The notes under the pieces were generated by a model. It did no database searches. It saw nothing but the letters and a program-made list of their open reading frames with translations, and was not told the origin of the DNA. DNA of 13,264 bases from Patescibacteria group bacterium. GTDB lineage: Bacteria; Patescibacteriota; Patescibacteriia; 2-01-FULL-39-33. The position numbers were made by a program, and so were the translations under genes. This document shows positions 12,942 to 13,264 of this stretch, piece after piece (the first letter of the stretch is position 1; each line of letters starts with the position of its first letter). Where the stretch lies: positions 1 to 13,264 of the forward strand of contig JBAZRV010000010.1 in the NCBI GenBank assembly GCA_041662745.1. The letters are read 5' to 3'.

Positions 12942-12946
12942 AAATC

Positions 12947-12985
12947 TAAGGGCTAACTCAGCCAAAATAAGCCAAGTTAGCCCTT
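12947..12985. other. 10-bp stem hairpin (terminator-like) just upstream of the candidate promoter
   Basis: aagggctaac (12947-12956) pairs with gttagccctt (12976-12985), with a 19-nt loop. atttt follows on the plus strand. Confidence 0.35.
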
Positions 12986-13218
12986 ATTTTATTAGATCGC
13001 CGCTTGACATTGCCTGATTCTATTAAAAGCCAAACAGCCAGAGCAAAAGAATTTATCTGGCTTCTTTAGATTTGGATAATCTCGGTACATTTTCGGTCGA
13101 ATAAACAGTCTGTGGCAGTTGGCGCATTCCCAGACGAGAGACTGTAAAATATTATGTGTAAATGGTATCTTGGGATGTAGGACGATTGGCGTCCTGCCTA
13201 ACCCAAGATCCTATGCCT

Positions 13219-13253
13219 AAAACAAAAAGAAGGCCGGCTGTCGATGAGCCGGC
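13219..13253 (-). terminator. Rho-independent terminator of a minus-strand gene lying beyond the right window edge
   Basis: Stem gccggct (13233-13239) pairs with agccggc (13247-13253). On the minus strand it is followed by ccttctttttgtttt. Confidence 0.55.
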
Positions 13254-13264
13254 GAATGAGTTGG

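Noticed and set aside
1-13264. CRISPR arrays, rRNA genes, integrase, transposase or phage genes
   Set aside because: None were found. There are no regularly spaced short repeats and no ORF with recombinase-like motifs in any frame of the provided track.

Overview
The window is a gene-dense bacterial chromosomal segment, almost entirely minus-strand, from an unidentified and probably uncultivated lineage. Most transcription units have readable sigma70-type promoters (TTGACA-like, 16-17 nt spacer, TATAAT-like) and hairpin plus T-tract terminators. Recognisable content, in order:
- tRNA-Ser(GGA)
- two small zinc-ribbon proteins
- a membrane-anchored thioredoxin-fold protein (WCPHC)
- gatC-gatA, with no gatB in the window
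- a multi-TM/GAF sensor histidine kinase with no response regulator in the window
- an acyl-ACP-reductase-like Rossmann oxidoreductase
- a small 2-TM protein, the only plus-strand gene
- a FadL/OmpP1-like outer-membrane beta-barrel
- a charged hypothetical protein
- a visibly lower-GC block encoding a Cys-rich secreted protein fused to a C-terminal membrane domain, plus a bitopic hypothetical protein

The most interesting signal is non-coding. An element of about 145 nt occurs twice in the same orientation, at 188-336 and 10017-10160. The two copies differ by compensatory base changes in three helices, and both keep a tandem G.A / tetraloop hairpin that only makes sense as RNA read from the minus strand. 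Each copy is bracketed by a direct duplication of its own flank: 16 nt of the tRNA-Ser 3' end at one site, and 26 nt of AT-rich intergenic DNA at the other. No ORF, terminal inverted repeats or recombinase is present. I could not match it from memory to any known RNA family. I interpret it as an unclassified structured ncRNA that is, or was, carried on an ORF-less integrative or mobile mini-element. A second notable feature is a near-identical promoter cassette of about 45 bp, carrying a perfect DnaA-box-like TGTGGATAA next to the -35, in front of the reductase-like gene and the FadL-like gene.
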